Source of the DNA: Octopus sinensis
Lineage: Eukaryota
NCBI RefSeq assembly: GCF_006345805.1
Contig: NC_043002.1
Coordinates: 112,096,001-112,160,000, forward strand
DNA: 64,000 bases
Reading direction: 5' to 3'
Part shown: positions 12,060 through 25,354 of the stretch, in pieces
Layout: each line of letters begins with the position of its first letter
Position numbering within the stretch: position 1 is the stretch's first letter
Position numbers and translations under genes: made by a program
Notes under the pieces: model-generated
Database searches by the model: none
What the model was told of the DNA's origin: nothing
What the model saw: only the letters and a program-made list of their open reading frames with translations

Positions 12060-12612
12060 CGTCCCTGGAAAATGATGAGTGATCTGGAAGACCTGCCACC
12101 AACGTCACCCCCGGAAATTCAGTATTGTGCATCAAGAATTCGTCCCCTACGACTCGACTGTCAATCGAAGATACTAACTGCGACGTTTCGAAGTGTTTGA
12201 GGCAGGACATTCAGTGAAATCGGCCAGATCTGTGAAGCGCAAAAATTGGATTCTTCACGATGATAATGCTCCCTGTCATCGATCCCTCCTCGCCTAAAAC
12301 AACATGGTAATAATACTTCTGCATCCGCCTTATTTGCCTGATTTAGAACCTGCGGATTTCCATCTCTTCCCCCAATATGAACCTACAGCTCAAAGATCGA
12401 TGTTTTAACAGCATTTTCGAGATCCAGAGCGAATCGCAGAATCCTCAAAGTGCTTGCGGAAAGCGACTTCCAGGATGGGTTCCAAAAGTGGCAGGAACAT
12501 GCTGTGTTGTTGCACAAGGTAGCTATTTCGAAGGAAATGATGTTAAACGTTAGGTAAATAAGTTATTTTTTATTAACCATAACTAGTCTGGAAAGCTTTT
12601 GATACCACGTCA
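12060..12612 (+). mobile_element. Mariner 3' fragment with one TIR
   Basis: WILHDDNAPCH and HPPYLPDLEPADFHLFP remnants; terminal GTCTGGAAAGCTTTTGATACCACGTCA then TA. Confidence 0.8.
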
Positions 12613-12790
<178 letters not shown>

Positions 12791-14057
12791 CGACAGGTTT
12801 CTTTGAATTTCGTCTACGAAATCCAATCACATGGCTTTGATCGGCCAGAGGAAGTAGTAGAAGACAGTTTTGCAATGTGGCACACAATTGGAAAGAATCC
12901 GGAAGCATGTGATTGGGATACAAACTTCTTACCACACAGCCACTTCTGTGTATGTGTGTGTGTTAAAGATATACATATCTACAACATATGTGGGAAATCC
13001 TGCCTGTGGGTGTGTTTGTGGAGTTGTTAGCTAATTCCTCCTACATTATTTCATAGGTTTTGATGAAACTTGGCACGTGAGTAGAACTCATGTCTGGAAA
13101 CCTCTTGCCATACTCAGATTGTTAAAACAATCGATAATAGGGCCCCTGGAAGGGATCCTTATATATATATATATATATATTTCATTTTAAACGCCAAGGG
13201 AAATAACCCATTCGCCTAGATTTTAGTAGGCGAGGGAAATAACCCAGTCATTTTCCTAAATCATTTGCTATAAATCAAATTAAGTATGCTTATTTGTTAG
13301 AGTCATTTTCGCAATTTATCCAGTACAACCCTTAAACAAATAAATATTATTTTCTTAAACAATAGATCTACTTATTTCGCTTAGTAACTTATTCACGAAT
13401 GTACTCACACTAGCGCCGCTGAGGGTAATATTCTCTTTGAAGGTACAAAAGCTCTTTTTGAGAGTTATTTACTTTGAATTGTTATTATCTCATATCTGAT
13501 TAACCTGTTATTATGTAACATGCTTCACGATTCTAGTGTACATACCTTATTAGTATTTCCTCCTAAGTTCTGTATACTCTGGGAAAGCATTAAAGCCCTT
13601 TTCGGTGTTACTTTATTTGAATTCTTACTATCGGTTAACTAATTTCATGTTATTACGTAGCTGACTTCACAACTTGGGAATTCCTAAAAACAAGACAGTT
13701 CGGTATTCTCTGTAAATGCTCAAAATCCATTTTAAGAGTTACATACTTTGTATTGTTGTTATTGGATTAGCGAAACACTTATGAGAACGGAAACAAGGGA
13801 TAAACCCCACTTTCCCGGATATTACCGAGTACCACAGCTAGTATCTACATACATATATACAAACATAGATACATAATATATATGCACACATTTATACCGT
13901 GTATGCATATATAACCACATATTTATGAATGTATTTATTTATAATCTCTCACGCCCTATCTATCAATCTATCAATATATACATACATATATATATATAGA
14001 GACAGAGAGAGAGAGAGAGAAAGAGAGGGGCGATGGCTATCTCTCTCTCCCTCTCTC

Positions 14058-14145
<88 letters not shown>

Positions 14146-14146
<1 letters not shown>

Positions 14147-15125
14147 TGGGTCTTCCGGAAAGTTTATGCCGATTTTTAAAGGAAAGAAAGAGGTCAATAA
14201 ATACTTGCCATTACATTTTTAATCAACCAGATATGAACCATTTTGTTGCACAATGCGTCTCCATCTTTACTTAAGCTTGAAAATACTCTTTTCCTAGAAT
14301 TGAGGTGGTTTCATGACAAAGAATTCATCAAGGTATCTTTTTACGTCATCCAAGGAATTAAAATTTTTACCGTTAAGACTATGCTGCAGAGGCTTGAATA
14401 AGTGGAAATCCGAAGAAGTAATATTTGGTGAATACGGAGAGTGGGGTAACACATCCTAGCCGAGCTGCAGCAATTTTTGTCTGGTTCCCAAAGAAACGTG
14501 CGGTCTTACATTATCATGTTGGAATACAACATCCTTCCTGTCGGCCAATTCTGGACGTTTCTCTTGAATTGCTGCTTTTAACTCGTCCAGTTGTATGCAG
14601 TATTTCTCAGAATTAATTGTCTAGTTACTTCGGAGAAGCTCAGAGTACAGAATTCCTTTCCAATCCCACCAGACACAAAGCAAGACATTTTTAGGGTGAA
14701 GACCCACTTTTGCGGTGGCTAAGGGTGGCTCATGTTGTTTACTCCAGGATCGCTTTCTCTAGATAATCCATCACCTGTCACAATTTGCTTTAAAAAAGGT
14801 GCATTTTCATTCCGTTTATAAAGTGAATCACAGATGGAAATGCGCTCCAAAAGGTTCTTCTCATTCAACTCATGTGGTACCCAAACATCGTAGCAATTTG
14901 TGTACCCAAGCTTTACCAGGTGCTCATGAACGACGGATGTTGATTGGTTGAGGCTTTCTGCCAATTCTTGGGTTATGCAATGTAGGTTATTCTCAATTAA
15001 TGACTTGATTTGGTCATCATCTGTAGTGGATGGCCTGTCTGATCGCTCTTTATCAAAATGGCTACAATCTCCAGCTTTGAACCTTGCGAACCACTTGCGT
15101 ACTGTACTTTCGGATAAAGAAACAA
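14146..15125 (-). mobile_element. Mariner remnant, 5'-truncated, 3' TIR at 14146
   Basis: TVRKWFARFKAG, WVPHEL...IVTGD and RWRRIVQQNGSYLVD* segments; TA then CTGGGTCTTCCGGAAAG terminus. Confidence 0.85.
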
Positions 15126-16038
15126 ATAATATATATGTATATATATAATATATATATATTTAATAAATTTAATAAATTATGTGATTGGGTATTATCTGAT
15201 AGTTGATCATTGATTAAGATGTGTTTCTCCATTTTCTTATTTTGTATATATATACATATATATTTACGTGTGATACATTTACCTGTGTGTGTTGTATATA
15301 TCTCTTATTATAAAAGGCAGATTTTATCTGCCTCCCTTTGGGAGTTATAGAAATCTACAATATAGGATTTCTTCAATTACAATTTACCTAGCATTTTTAA
15401 GAGTACAATGCATCGCGTCATGCCAGGTCCAGTTTTTAAAATTTAAACTCCAATTAAGCAAAATTTACAGAAAACTCACATTCTGGTGTGTGTGTCAAAT
15501 GCTTTTCTTAGTCTGGTTTACACCACACGCAAACGCACACACACAGTGTGCAACGAATAAAGTGAAACTAGATATAATATTTGTTTCTGTCTATGACGCT
15601 GATAGATACATGAGTAAAATGTATGGGAAGCTAACACATAAGAGTGAGTGAAAATGTTCTTGGAAGAGAGTAAATAGCGACAGAGAGTGATTTGAGGAGG
15701 ACTTTACATTAAATAACCGTAGTAGCTTGTGTTAGTAATAAAGTAAACATACACTCATACATACATACATACATACATACATACATACATACATACTTAC
15801 ATACATACACACACATACATACACACACACACATACATACACACACACATACATACATACACACATACATACATACATACATATACATACATACATACAC
15901 ACACATACACACACGCACAGTATTGAAGCTTGAGAACAATCAGATACATTTGCAACACATCTGTTGAAAATATTATTGTTCACACACATACATATACATA
16001 TATACATACAGACAGACAGACAGACAGACAGACAGATA

Positions 16039-16080
<42 letters not shown>

Positions 16081-16213
16081 ATCCAGCATGGCCACAACCT
16101 CAAGGCTGAAACATATAAAAGAATAACAGAATATAAATGTGTGCATGTGTGTGTGAGAGAGAGTGTGTGTGTATATGTATGTATGTATGTATGTATATCT
16201 ATATATATATATA

Positions 16214-16780
16214 TAATAATGCGGTTTTTTCAACAGCTTGAACTAAAAGTCAGAGGGGAATGGGATAAACCACTTATATTAACTTGCTATAAAAGCAGGT
16301 AGTAATTTTATCTTGTCTTTATTCATAGTGCAAGTTTTGAAGAGTGCATTTCGATTTTAACAGCTATTTTTTTCAAAGCTATATTGGAAGTAACAAAGGA
16401 GCATATTTGGCATATTTTGCTTTATGAGTTCAATAAAGACAACAACGCAACGGAAAGTACAAGAAATATTAATGCAGTATATGGGGATTGGACAATAAGC
16501 GTAAGGCAGTGTCAATGGTGGTTCCAGAAATTCCGAGCCATAAACTACAGCCTAGAAGACGAGCCTCATCCTGAAAGATCTGTAGAACTCGACAAGGACA
16601 TCCTCATCGTAACTGTTGAGGAACTAGCAGAGAAGCTTGGATTTGGTCATTCAACCATTCATTGAGACCTGTGTGCTATCGGAAAAGTCAGCAAATTGGG
16701 TCAATGGGTTCCTCACGAACTTTCCGAGTCTAATTGCATGCAGAGAGTGAATGTATGCTTTTCTTTGCTGTCACATCTCA
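16214..16780 (+). mobile_element. Mariner 5' fragment
   Basis: ORF 16384-16665 MEVTKEHIWHILLYEFNK...WFQKFR...SLEDEP, followed by GQWVPHEL. Confidence 0.85.
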
Positions 16781-16800
16781 CCACTACTGCGCTATGTATA

Positions 16801-17437
16801 TCTATATATATAAAACTGTAGTTGTGTGAGTGTCTGTCCCCTTCGATTTAGATTCCTAACTACTCCCACATTTTTCGGTGCAGTTTAACCAAATTCGGGT
16901 AGCTTATAGTCGTGATTCATATCGAGCCCGTCTGAGTATTAGCGCGCGTCTACGATGAGTCTACGATTTAAAAATAATTTAACATCATTTTTTATTCCAT
17001 TTTTAATGCATAATTTTTCGTGTGTCGATGGCGGCGGAGTTGGCGTCCACGCTCACACCTGCACCTGTGGGGAAGGGAGTGTAAGGAAATCAACGTCGTA
17101 ATGCGTTGTCAAGGAGACCAGCGTTCTTTTAGAACAACGACTTCATGGCTTGAAGACACCAAAACAGAAATGGCTAAGAAAGCGTCTACATGAGTCTACG
17201 ATTTAAAAAAAAAAATTACCATCGTTTTTTTTCCATTTTAATGCATTTTTTCGCTATTATATAAGGGAAGTAACTCTCTAAAAATGTCTACGATGAGTCA
17301 ACGATTTAAAAAAAAATTTACCATCATATTATTTCCATTTTTAATGCATTTTTGGCTATTTTTTGGCTATAACTCTCTAAAAATGCTTATATAGTTATTT
17401 CCCTTACAAACCCGAGCAACGCCGGGCGATACTGCTA

Positions 17438-17438
<1 letters not shown>
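16801..17438 (+). mobile_element. Helitron H1 variant, complete, with an extra ~165-bp segment
   Basis: A|TCTATATATATAAAAC 5' end; CCCGAGCAACGCCGGG hairpin; CTAG|T at 17435-17439. Confidence 0.9.
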
Positions 17439-17496
<58 letters not shown>

Positions 17497-17714
17497 TATA
17501 TACATGTGTGTATATATTCACACTTGTTTGCATATATCTACACACACACACATACGCACATACACTCACACACACACACACACATACACATACTCAGACA
17601 CACCCGCGTACCCGGGTACGTACAAAGGTGAATGTAAGTAGTAAAGTTTGATATTGTGGCATTGCTTTTGACTAATGATGCACTTACTGTTTATTGTTAT
17701 TGCTTTTAAAAATT

Positions 17715-18610
17715 ATGATGATGACAGTAGTGGTGGTGGTGGTTGTGGTGGTGGTAGTAGTAACAGCGTTGATGACGATGAAGATTTGATGCTGAAAGTG
17801 ATGATGATGAGAGTTGTGGTGATAGCGATGGAGATGATAATCGATTTAGTGGTGGTTGTTGTTGTTGTTGTGGTGGTGGTGTTGTTGGTGGTGGTTCTGG
17901 TGGTGTTGCTGGTGTTGGTGGTTGTGGTGGTGGTTCTGGTGGTGGTGCTGGTGGCGGCGGTGGTGGTGGTGGTGGTGTGGTGGTGGTGGTGGTTCTGGTG
18001 GTGGTGGTGGTGGTGCTGGTGGCGGCGGTGGCGGTAGTGGTGGTGGTGGTGGTGGTGGTAGTGGTGGTGCTGGTGGTGGTAGTGGTGGTGGTGGTGTTGG
18101 TGTTGGTGTTGATGGTGGTCGTGGTGGTGGTGGTGGTGGTGGTGCTGGTGCTGGTGCTGGTGCTGGTGGAACTGATGTTAGTAATGAGTGTGGCCAACGT
18201 GAGGGTGTTGCTGCTGTTGTGACAACTTATTGATAATGATTATATTACTTAATTCTGATACAGGTGATGATGAGAATGGTAATTAATATGATGATAGAGG
18301 GAATGATGGAGTTGAGCAACAGAACGAGGAGGAGGAGGAGGAGGAGAATGTCGCAGATGACTGCATTGACGGTAATGATGATGATGAGGATAACAATGAT
18401 GCTGGCGATGACGATAACTATAATGAAAATGATGTGGTCGTACGGGCGAGAGTGGTATAGTGGTGATGATGGTTGTGATTCTGAGGCTATGATGGCAGTA
18501 ATACATGCAGGCTGTAGAGACTCTTTCATTCTAGGCATTAGAATAAACGCTGATGTTGCTGGTGGTGATGTTCGAGGCAATTAAAAGAATAATAAATGAA
18601 TAATGAAAAT
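17715..18610. repeat. Compound trinucleotide low-complexity tract (GGT/GTT/GCT, then GAT/GAG/AAT)
   Basis: Direct reading; source of the poly-Gly, poly-Thr, poly-Pro and poly-Val ORFs. Confidence 0.9.
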
Positions 18611-18736
18611 ACTGCGAAAATTCAGGTGTACATAGGCTTACGAGTGCGTTGTGTGTATTTCCGAGTATGTGTGTGTATGTGTCGATGATACATACACAGA
18701 TACTGTGTGTGTACATATATATATATATATATATAT

Positions 18737-20015
18737 TGTGTGTGTATATGTAGGAAACATAGAAGTTGAAAATGCATTGAGAATAGTTAAAATATTTTTT
18801 ATTAATATATTTTAAGCTTTAACCGGTTTCACAGTTTACACTGATTTTCAAAAAGTTCAAATAGAAAGACGTGTCTTATGCCGCAGCTGTCTTGCTTCTG
18901 ACTAGTGTTTGAAGTTTGCTCTGTTTTTATAGGGAGTTCATGGCTCAAACTAGTATATGTTTTGAATAGGATTCGATTGGCAGAGAATAGTCACATGACT
19001 GGTCTTAGAAATCTTTGTAGGTTCCCCGCTACGTCCGTGTTTTAGTATCAAGTGACAAAGTTTGGTGTCGTAAGTTAAGGCTGACACGGTTGACTGAACT
19101 TTAGTCCAAACAATCAATGCTCTGGATGTTTTCCGTCAAGTGTTTGTAGAGAATGAACAGATGATTAAGTTTACAATCTTTTGTACGTTTCCTGCTCCGT
19201 CCGTGCGTTAGTGTCACGTGACAGTATATTTTGCGCCTAAAAAGAAGACCGGCACGGTTGAGTGAACATCTTTGGTTATAATCAAAGCACTCCTAATTTA
19301 ATCTGCCTGGTGGGAGAGTGGACAGTAGTCGTTTGTGTGTAGTCCAATGGTTAAAATTTAGGTTGTTCGCTGTGTAGTTTCTTCATGGTAAGTGGCAGAA
19401 CGAATTTTGTGTGTGAATAATTATTTGTGTATGTACTCTGTCAAAGTTTCTTAATTCTTGGTTTGTACTTTTGTAAGAAAGTATTTTCTTTGTTTATCCT
19501 TGCTTCATCTGCGGTATTCGCTGAACATGGGTAGAGTGGGAAGACCTGGAATTTAGGTGACTTATATGTTGCATATATAGCAATGTGACCACTCAGTGGA
19601 ATCTGTCTAGTAGTGGGGTCTCGTATTTGTTGTCTGTGAATGGTCAGTCTATTTCTCAGCGTAAGCTTTGTTTGACTTATGTCATTACCTCCTGGACATT
19701 TGGTAGCGTATATTAAATTACTTGAAGAATATGTAAAGTTATTTTTTTACGGTAAATGTCTGTCCTGATTTTAATTTATAAGGTTGATGCAGGTCTGCAA
19801 TTGGGGCGGCCAGATTTTTTGACTGTTGGTGTAGAAATCCTGGGTGGTAATTTAACACTTGTGAGGAATTTTTGAGGGATTTTGATTGTCTTTTACTTTT
19901 GATTATTTTGTTTATTTCGAATGCTTCTTTCATTCTTGGGTCTTGTTTTAGTAGTGAGATGTTCTGGTGGATAATATTGTAAACCTCTCTGTTTCTTTAG
20001 TTGTATGCTGTAATG

Positions 20016-20019
<4 letters not shown>
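18737..20019 (-). mobile_element. Penelope-like element 3' fragment (Neptune-like linker + GIY-YIG + 3' UTR)
   Basis: Minus-strand NFTYSSSNLIYATKCPGGNDISQTKLTLRNRLTIHRQQIR...INKE; upstream PTVKKSGRPNCR Cys-linker relic and KSKRQSKSLK; both ends at (TA)n. Confidence 0.8.
18817..18855 (-). ncRNA. Minimal type I hammerhead ribozyme candidate (U3-A8 core)
   Basis: CUUU-UUGAAAA-U.CAG uguaaa CUG.U-GAAAC cg GU U-AAAG: 4-bp stem I, palindromic ACCGGU stem III. Confidence 0.55.
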
Positions 20020-20063
<44 letters not shown>

Positions 20064-20276
20064 CTTCATTACAGTTTAGACCCTCATGTTATTTGTGCTT
20101 GTTATAACTGAGCCATTTAAACATGCCACCTCTCTATATTAGAAAGAGACCTTAAACATTGCAATGGAGTTAAATGGTTTTATGTCTTTGACTTCGCAGA
20201 TCGGAAAAGCTTTTAGAATATTATCATATGCAAGACTTATATAGGTTTTACGTTAATTCGTGTCCTTTCTCATGCA

Positions 20277-20495
20277 GAGAGCTGGAAGAATCGTTAGCAT
20301 GCCGGACAAAATGCTTAACGGCATTTCGTCCGTCTTTATGTTCTGTGTTCAAATTCCGCCGAGATTAACTTTGCCTTTTATCCTTTCGGGGTCGATAAAA
20401 TAAGTACCAGTTGAACACTAGGATTAATGTAACCGACTAGATCCTCCCCTCGAACTTACTGACCATGTACCAAAATTTGAAACCAATTCAAATCC
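20277..20495 (+). mobile_element. SINE family D
   Basis: GAGAGCTGGAAGAATCGTTAGCATGCCGG head and CTTTGCCTTTTATCCTTTCGGGGTCGATAAAA body. Confidence 0.75.
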
Positions 20496-20607
20496 TTTTT
20501 CCAATCTACATTATTCTCAGGATATCTATTTGTTGTCTTTATTAAATGTGACCATATTCTTTGGACAGGTATTCTCTTTCTTTTCACTGGTGACACAGTA
20601 ATACTAT

Positions 20608-20992
20608 GGAATGGGAGCACTCCGTCGGTTACGACGATGAGGGTTCCGGTTGATCCGATCAACGGAACAGCCTGCTCGTGAAATTAACGTGTAAGTGGCT
20701 GAGCACTCCACAGACACGTGTACCCTTAACGTAGTTCTCGGGGATATTCGGCGTGACACAGAGAGTGACAAGGCCGGCTCTTTGAAATACAGGTACAACA
20801 GAAACAGGAAGTAAGAGTGAGAGAAAGTTGTGGTGAAAGAGTACAGCAGGGATCACCACCATCCCCTGTCGGAGCCTCGTGGAGCTTTAGGTGTTTTCGC
20901 TCAATAAACACTCACAACGCCCGGTCTGGGAATCGAAACCGCGATCCTACGACCGCGAGTCCGCTGCCCTAACCACTGGGCCATTGCGCCTC
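20608..20992 (-). mobile_element. SINE family B1, full length, 12-bp TSD
   Basis: TSD CAGTAATACTAT at 20596-20607 and 20993-21004. Confidence 0.9.
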
Positions 20993-21848
20993 CAGTAATA
21001 CTATATAGGTATCTTTAATGATAATCATAGTATATTCTACGGAATTACAAATACTTTCTATTCTATACTCGGCTTCTTGTTGTACCGAATATACACAATA
21101 AGAATAACAGATTGTGTTAGATTTTTTAGCCGTATTTCCTGTGTCAGAAGCAATAGAGTATACGAATATATCGAGAAGAGAAATATAAGGTTAGGCTAAC
21201 TACAAAGGATATTCTTTAAAAGAACTCCAGAAATCAAGAACACCTATGGACTATAAAAACTTACATAATCGCTACATAGTCGTAATTCAGAGTAGTACAT
21301 TAATATATAACACGTTATTTCTGTTATTTCACATTTGTTGATCCTTTGCAGGAAGTCCTATTAAAAGGCTTTAAAGACAAGAAAAGTTGAACTCTTTGTT
21401 GTTTTGGTTTTTGGTTACACTATTGATTCTATTTTGTTTCCATTATAATTTTTACAGTATTTCTTATTAGTGGATTTTTCACAATCATTTTCTTTTTGTT
21501 CGAAGGAACAAACAGAATAATCAACTTTAACAGCAATTTCGATTTCAAAACCAATAACCATGACAATAAACAGCAAATAAAACATAACAACAGTTGCGGT
21601 AGTATTAGCACTAACTTTGCTGTCGTAGTAGTAATGTTAACACAGTGCAACAAGCTATTTAGAAAAAAATATGCTGTGAGCAAAAGATATTATCTCAGTA
21701 ACTAATATTATTTCAACCATTTTGGCGAATTCGGTGGACAACACCAGACTTGTTTCGGTATTACTAGATTTTTTCAGTGAAATGTAGACTCCATTATACT
21801 TGCTGAAGGAGTAATGGGAAAATTACTAAGTATATATGCTATAATGTA

Positions 21849-22526
21849 TAAGGCGCATTCCAGAAGTTTTAGAACTTTTTCAGGAGAGACATTTATTAAT
21901 TTCAAAGAAGTACAAGACTCTAAGCTCCTTCGAATTTGGGTCCTCTGACTTCAATGCACTTGTAGTAACGCTCCAGTCACTTCGTGAAAGCCTCATGAAA
22001 TCCTCCAAACTGAAGGTGTCCAAGGTTCTTTTCATAGCCTCCTCTATCTTCTCAATGTCTTCAAAGCGATTTTCCTTGCGATTCCCCTTCAGCTTAGGGA
22101 CTGTAGCTGAGGGTGGGGGACAGTTTCACTGTCCATCTCTGGCACGTTACCAAGATGCCTTTGCTGTCGTAAAAGGAGATCATCATGAGCTTTGCCTGGC
22201 CTCTTGTGCCAACGAAAAACAGATGATCGGCTCCTACAAGTTATCAGGAGCATAGCGTTTTTGTCCAGTTTAAAACAAACCTTTATTGCATAGCGAGTTT
22301 CCAAACTGTCTTCAACTCCTGACTGCATTCTGCAAACTAGTCAGTTATGACAAGTAGTGTTTCAGGAGGGTGTGCACAAAGTTCTGTTACAGCAGTCTCC
22401 TTCAATCAGGAATCATAAAAGTTGACATGTCAGTTTATTAGATCTATAGTAACGAGATATTAAAATTACATAAATTACATAAATGTCTGTCCGAAAAAAG
22501 TTAGAATATTTCCAGAATGCACCTCG
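21849..22526 (-). mobile_element. Internally deleted mariner with both TIRs
   Basis: Imperfect TIRs (TA)TAAGGCGCATTCCAGAAG / (TA)CGAGGTGCATTCTGGAAA; LETRYAIKVCFKL...SSVFRWHKR N-terminus and C-terminal ERYYKCIEVRG relic. Confidence 0.75.
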
Positions 22527-22560
22527 TACACGAGTCGGGTGAAAATTAGTATATCTCTCT

Positions 22561-23059
<499 letters not shown>

Positions 23060-23325
23060 TATGTAAATATTTAAATTCCAGAGGAGCTTCGAATCCGACA
23101 GCTAGCGTATTTTACCCTTTCACTGTCTAAAGTATTTTCATAACATTGTTCTAAACACCTGTACTTTATTTTTCTAACTTTTAGTTAACCTTTGTTTCAT
23201 ACGTTTTAAGTGATATAAAACTTTTCTGACCGAGGACAACTCAAGTTAATCTGATGATTGAAAAACAAAAGCTGGGAATGTGTATCATATATGATGTATG
23301 GACGCCAAAGAACTATGCCCTGTGT

Positions 23326-23705
23326 GGATGGATGGAAGCACCCCGTCGGTTACGACGACGAGGGTTCCGGTTGATCCGATCAACGGAACAGCCTGCTCGT
23401 GAAATTAACGTGTAAGTGGCTGAGCACTCCACAGACACGTGTACCCTTAACGTAGTTCTCGGGGATATTCAGCGTGACACAGAGAGTGACAAGGCCGGCC
23501 CTTTGAAATACAGGTACAACAGAAACAGGAAGTAAAAGTGAGAGAAAGTTGTGGTGAAAGAGTACAGCAGGGATCACCACCACCCCCTGCCGGAGCCTCG
23601 GGTGTTTTCGCTCAATAAACACTCACAACGCCCGGTCTGGGAATCGAAACCGCGATCCTACGACCGCGAGTCCGCTGCCCTAACCACTGGGCCATTGCGC
23701 ATCCT
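23326..23705 (-). mobile_element. SINE family B1 with 13-bp TSD
   Basis: CTATG(C/T)CCTGTGT at 23313-23325 and 23706-23718. Confidence 0.9.
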
Positions 23706-23981
23706 CTATGTCCTGTGTATCATATATGATACAGACAACAGGTAAAAGGTTAATGCAGTGAGCATCTGAAAGCTAATCAAAAATAATCATGTGGCGAAGA
23801 AAAGTCAATATTTGTTCAATAACTGATATTATTTTAATTTCCATAAGTGCATGTAACAACCCTGAACGATTTGATACATGAATATCGTAGCGAAACATTG
23901 ATCTTCTAAATCACCGTCAAATTACAGTCTAGTGTTGTTGTTGTTGTTTTATATAAATACACATATTTATACACATATATA

Positions 23982-24386
23982 GGCGCAGGTGTGGCTGTGT
24001 GGTAAGTAGCTTGCTAACCAACCACATGGTTCCGGGTTCAGTCCCACTGCGTGGCATCTTGGGCAAGTGTCTTCTGCTATAGCCCCGGGCTGACCAATGC
24101 CTCGTGAGTGGATTTGGTAGACGGAAACTGCCCGTCGTATATATGTATCTATATATATATGTGTGTGTGTATGTTTGTGTGTCTGTGTTTGTCTCCCTAG
24201 CATTGCTTGACAACCGATGCTGGTGTGTTTACGTCCCCGTCACTTAGCGGTTCGGCAAAAAGAGACCGATAGAATAAGTACTGGGCTTACAAAGAATAAG
24301 TCCCGGGGTCGAGTTGCTCGACTAAAGGCGGTGCTCCAGCATGGCCGCAGTCAAATGACTGAAACAAGTAAAAGAGTAAAAGAGTA
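23982..24386 (+). mobile_element. SINE family A, full length
   Basis: GGCGCAGGTGTGGCTGTGTGG head and AAAAGAGTAAAAGAGTA tail. Confidence 0.9.
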
Positions 24387-25292
24387 CATGATAATGTCAT
24401 CCAAGATAAATTAAGAAAAAGACAGGATAGCCACGGCTGGATCACCATTGATCGTAGGTTTATTCAATCAAGGATGACTTACCAGTAAAAAGTAACAGTA
24501 AGAATAAAAACCAAAACAATGTCATACAAAAGAAAGCTAACTTATACCGTCACATTATCACTTACATGGCGTTTGTTCCTTTTTCTTTTTACATCCATAA
24601 CATGCTCCAGCTTTTAACGCCGCCGGGGTGTAAAAGGATTAACTCTTCCTTTGCTTCTCCCTCTTGCTCTTTGCCATCGCCACCACCACAACTACTTTCA
24701 AAGCCTCCACAACATCACTTTTCGCCACCGTCCGTCCCTTTCCTCCCCTTTTCTAAACGCCTTCCGCTCCGCCCTTGCCGACTGCTCTCCGCCTTATATT
24801 AATTATACAGTATCTATTATCCTCAATTCTGTATTAGCGCAACCGATCACACCGCGCCACACCATACCCCACCAAACTACCCACTCATACCAAACACCCA
24901 TACAACAACATTACTTAAACCACTCAACTAGATATTTATTCCTCGAAGTCACATTTTTTTTTTATATAAGTTTTTACATTTGTTAGCTGCTTTTATCACT
25001 TTGTGTTTGTTTAAGTCTTTGAAAGATCATCCATTGTTTTGTTGAAAAGAAATTTCGTCGCTACACTCCCTTTTCCTTTCGAGTGCCACTTGCTCCCAAC
25101 AGGGAGCACTTCCTCCGCTCCCAACTTAACAGCGAAGTAACAACAACGTAAGCCACCATAGAATATCAGTGACAATTAACCAACAAAACACTTCATATGG
25201 TAGGGAAAGGGGCCAAACTTGATCCCGAGAAGAAGAGCGGAGAGGAAGAGGCATAAGAGAGGAGAAGTAGTAGAAGAAATAAATGAAGAAAG

Positions 25293-25293
25293 C

Positions 25294-25354
<61 letters not shown>

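Noticed and set aside
15301-15550. A|TCTCTTATTATAAAAGGCAG Helitron-like 5' end; a similar hint near 12978-13160
   Set aside because: No matching hairpin or CTRR 3' end and no second copy found.
17675-18584. Poly-Gly/Thr/Pro ORFs resembling structural proteins
   Set aside because: Open on both strands in several frames because the triplet repeats lack stops; no splice or codon evidence.
21050-21290. Weak resemblance to a PLE RT thumb region
   Set aside because: Too degenerate to support by eye.
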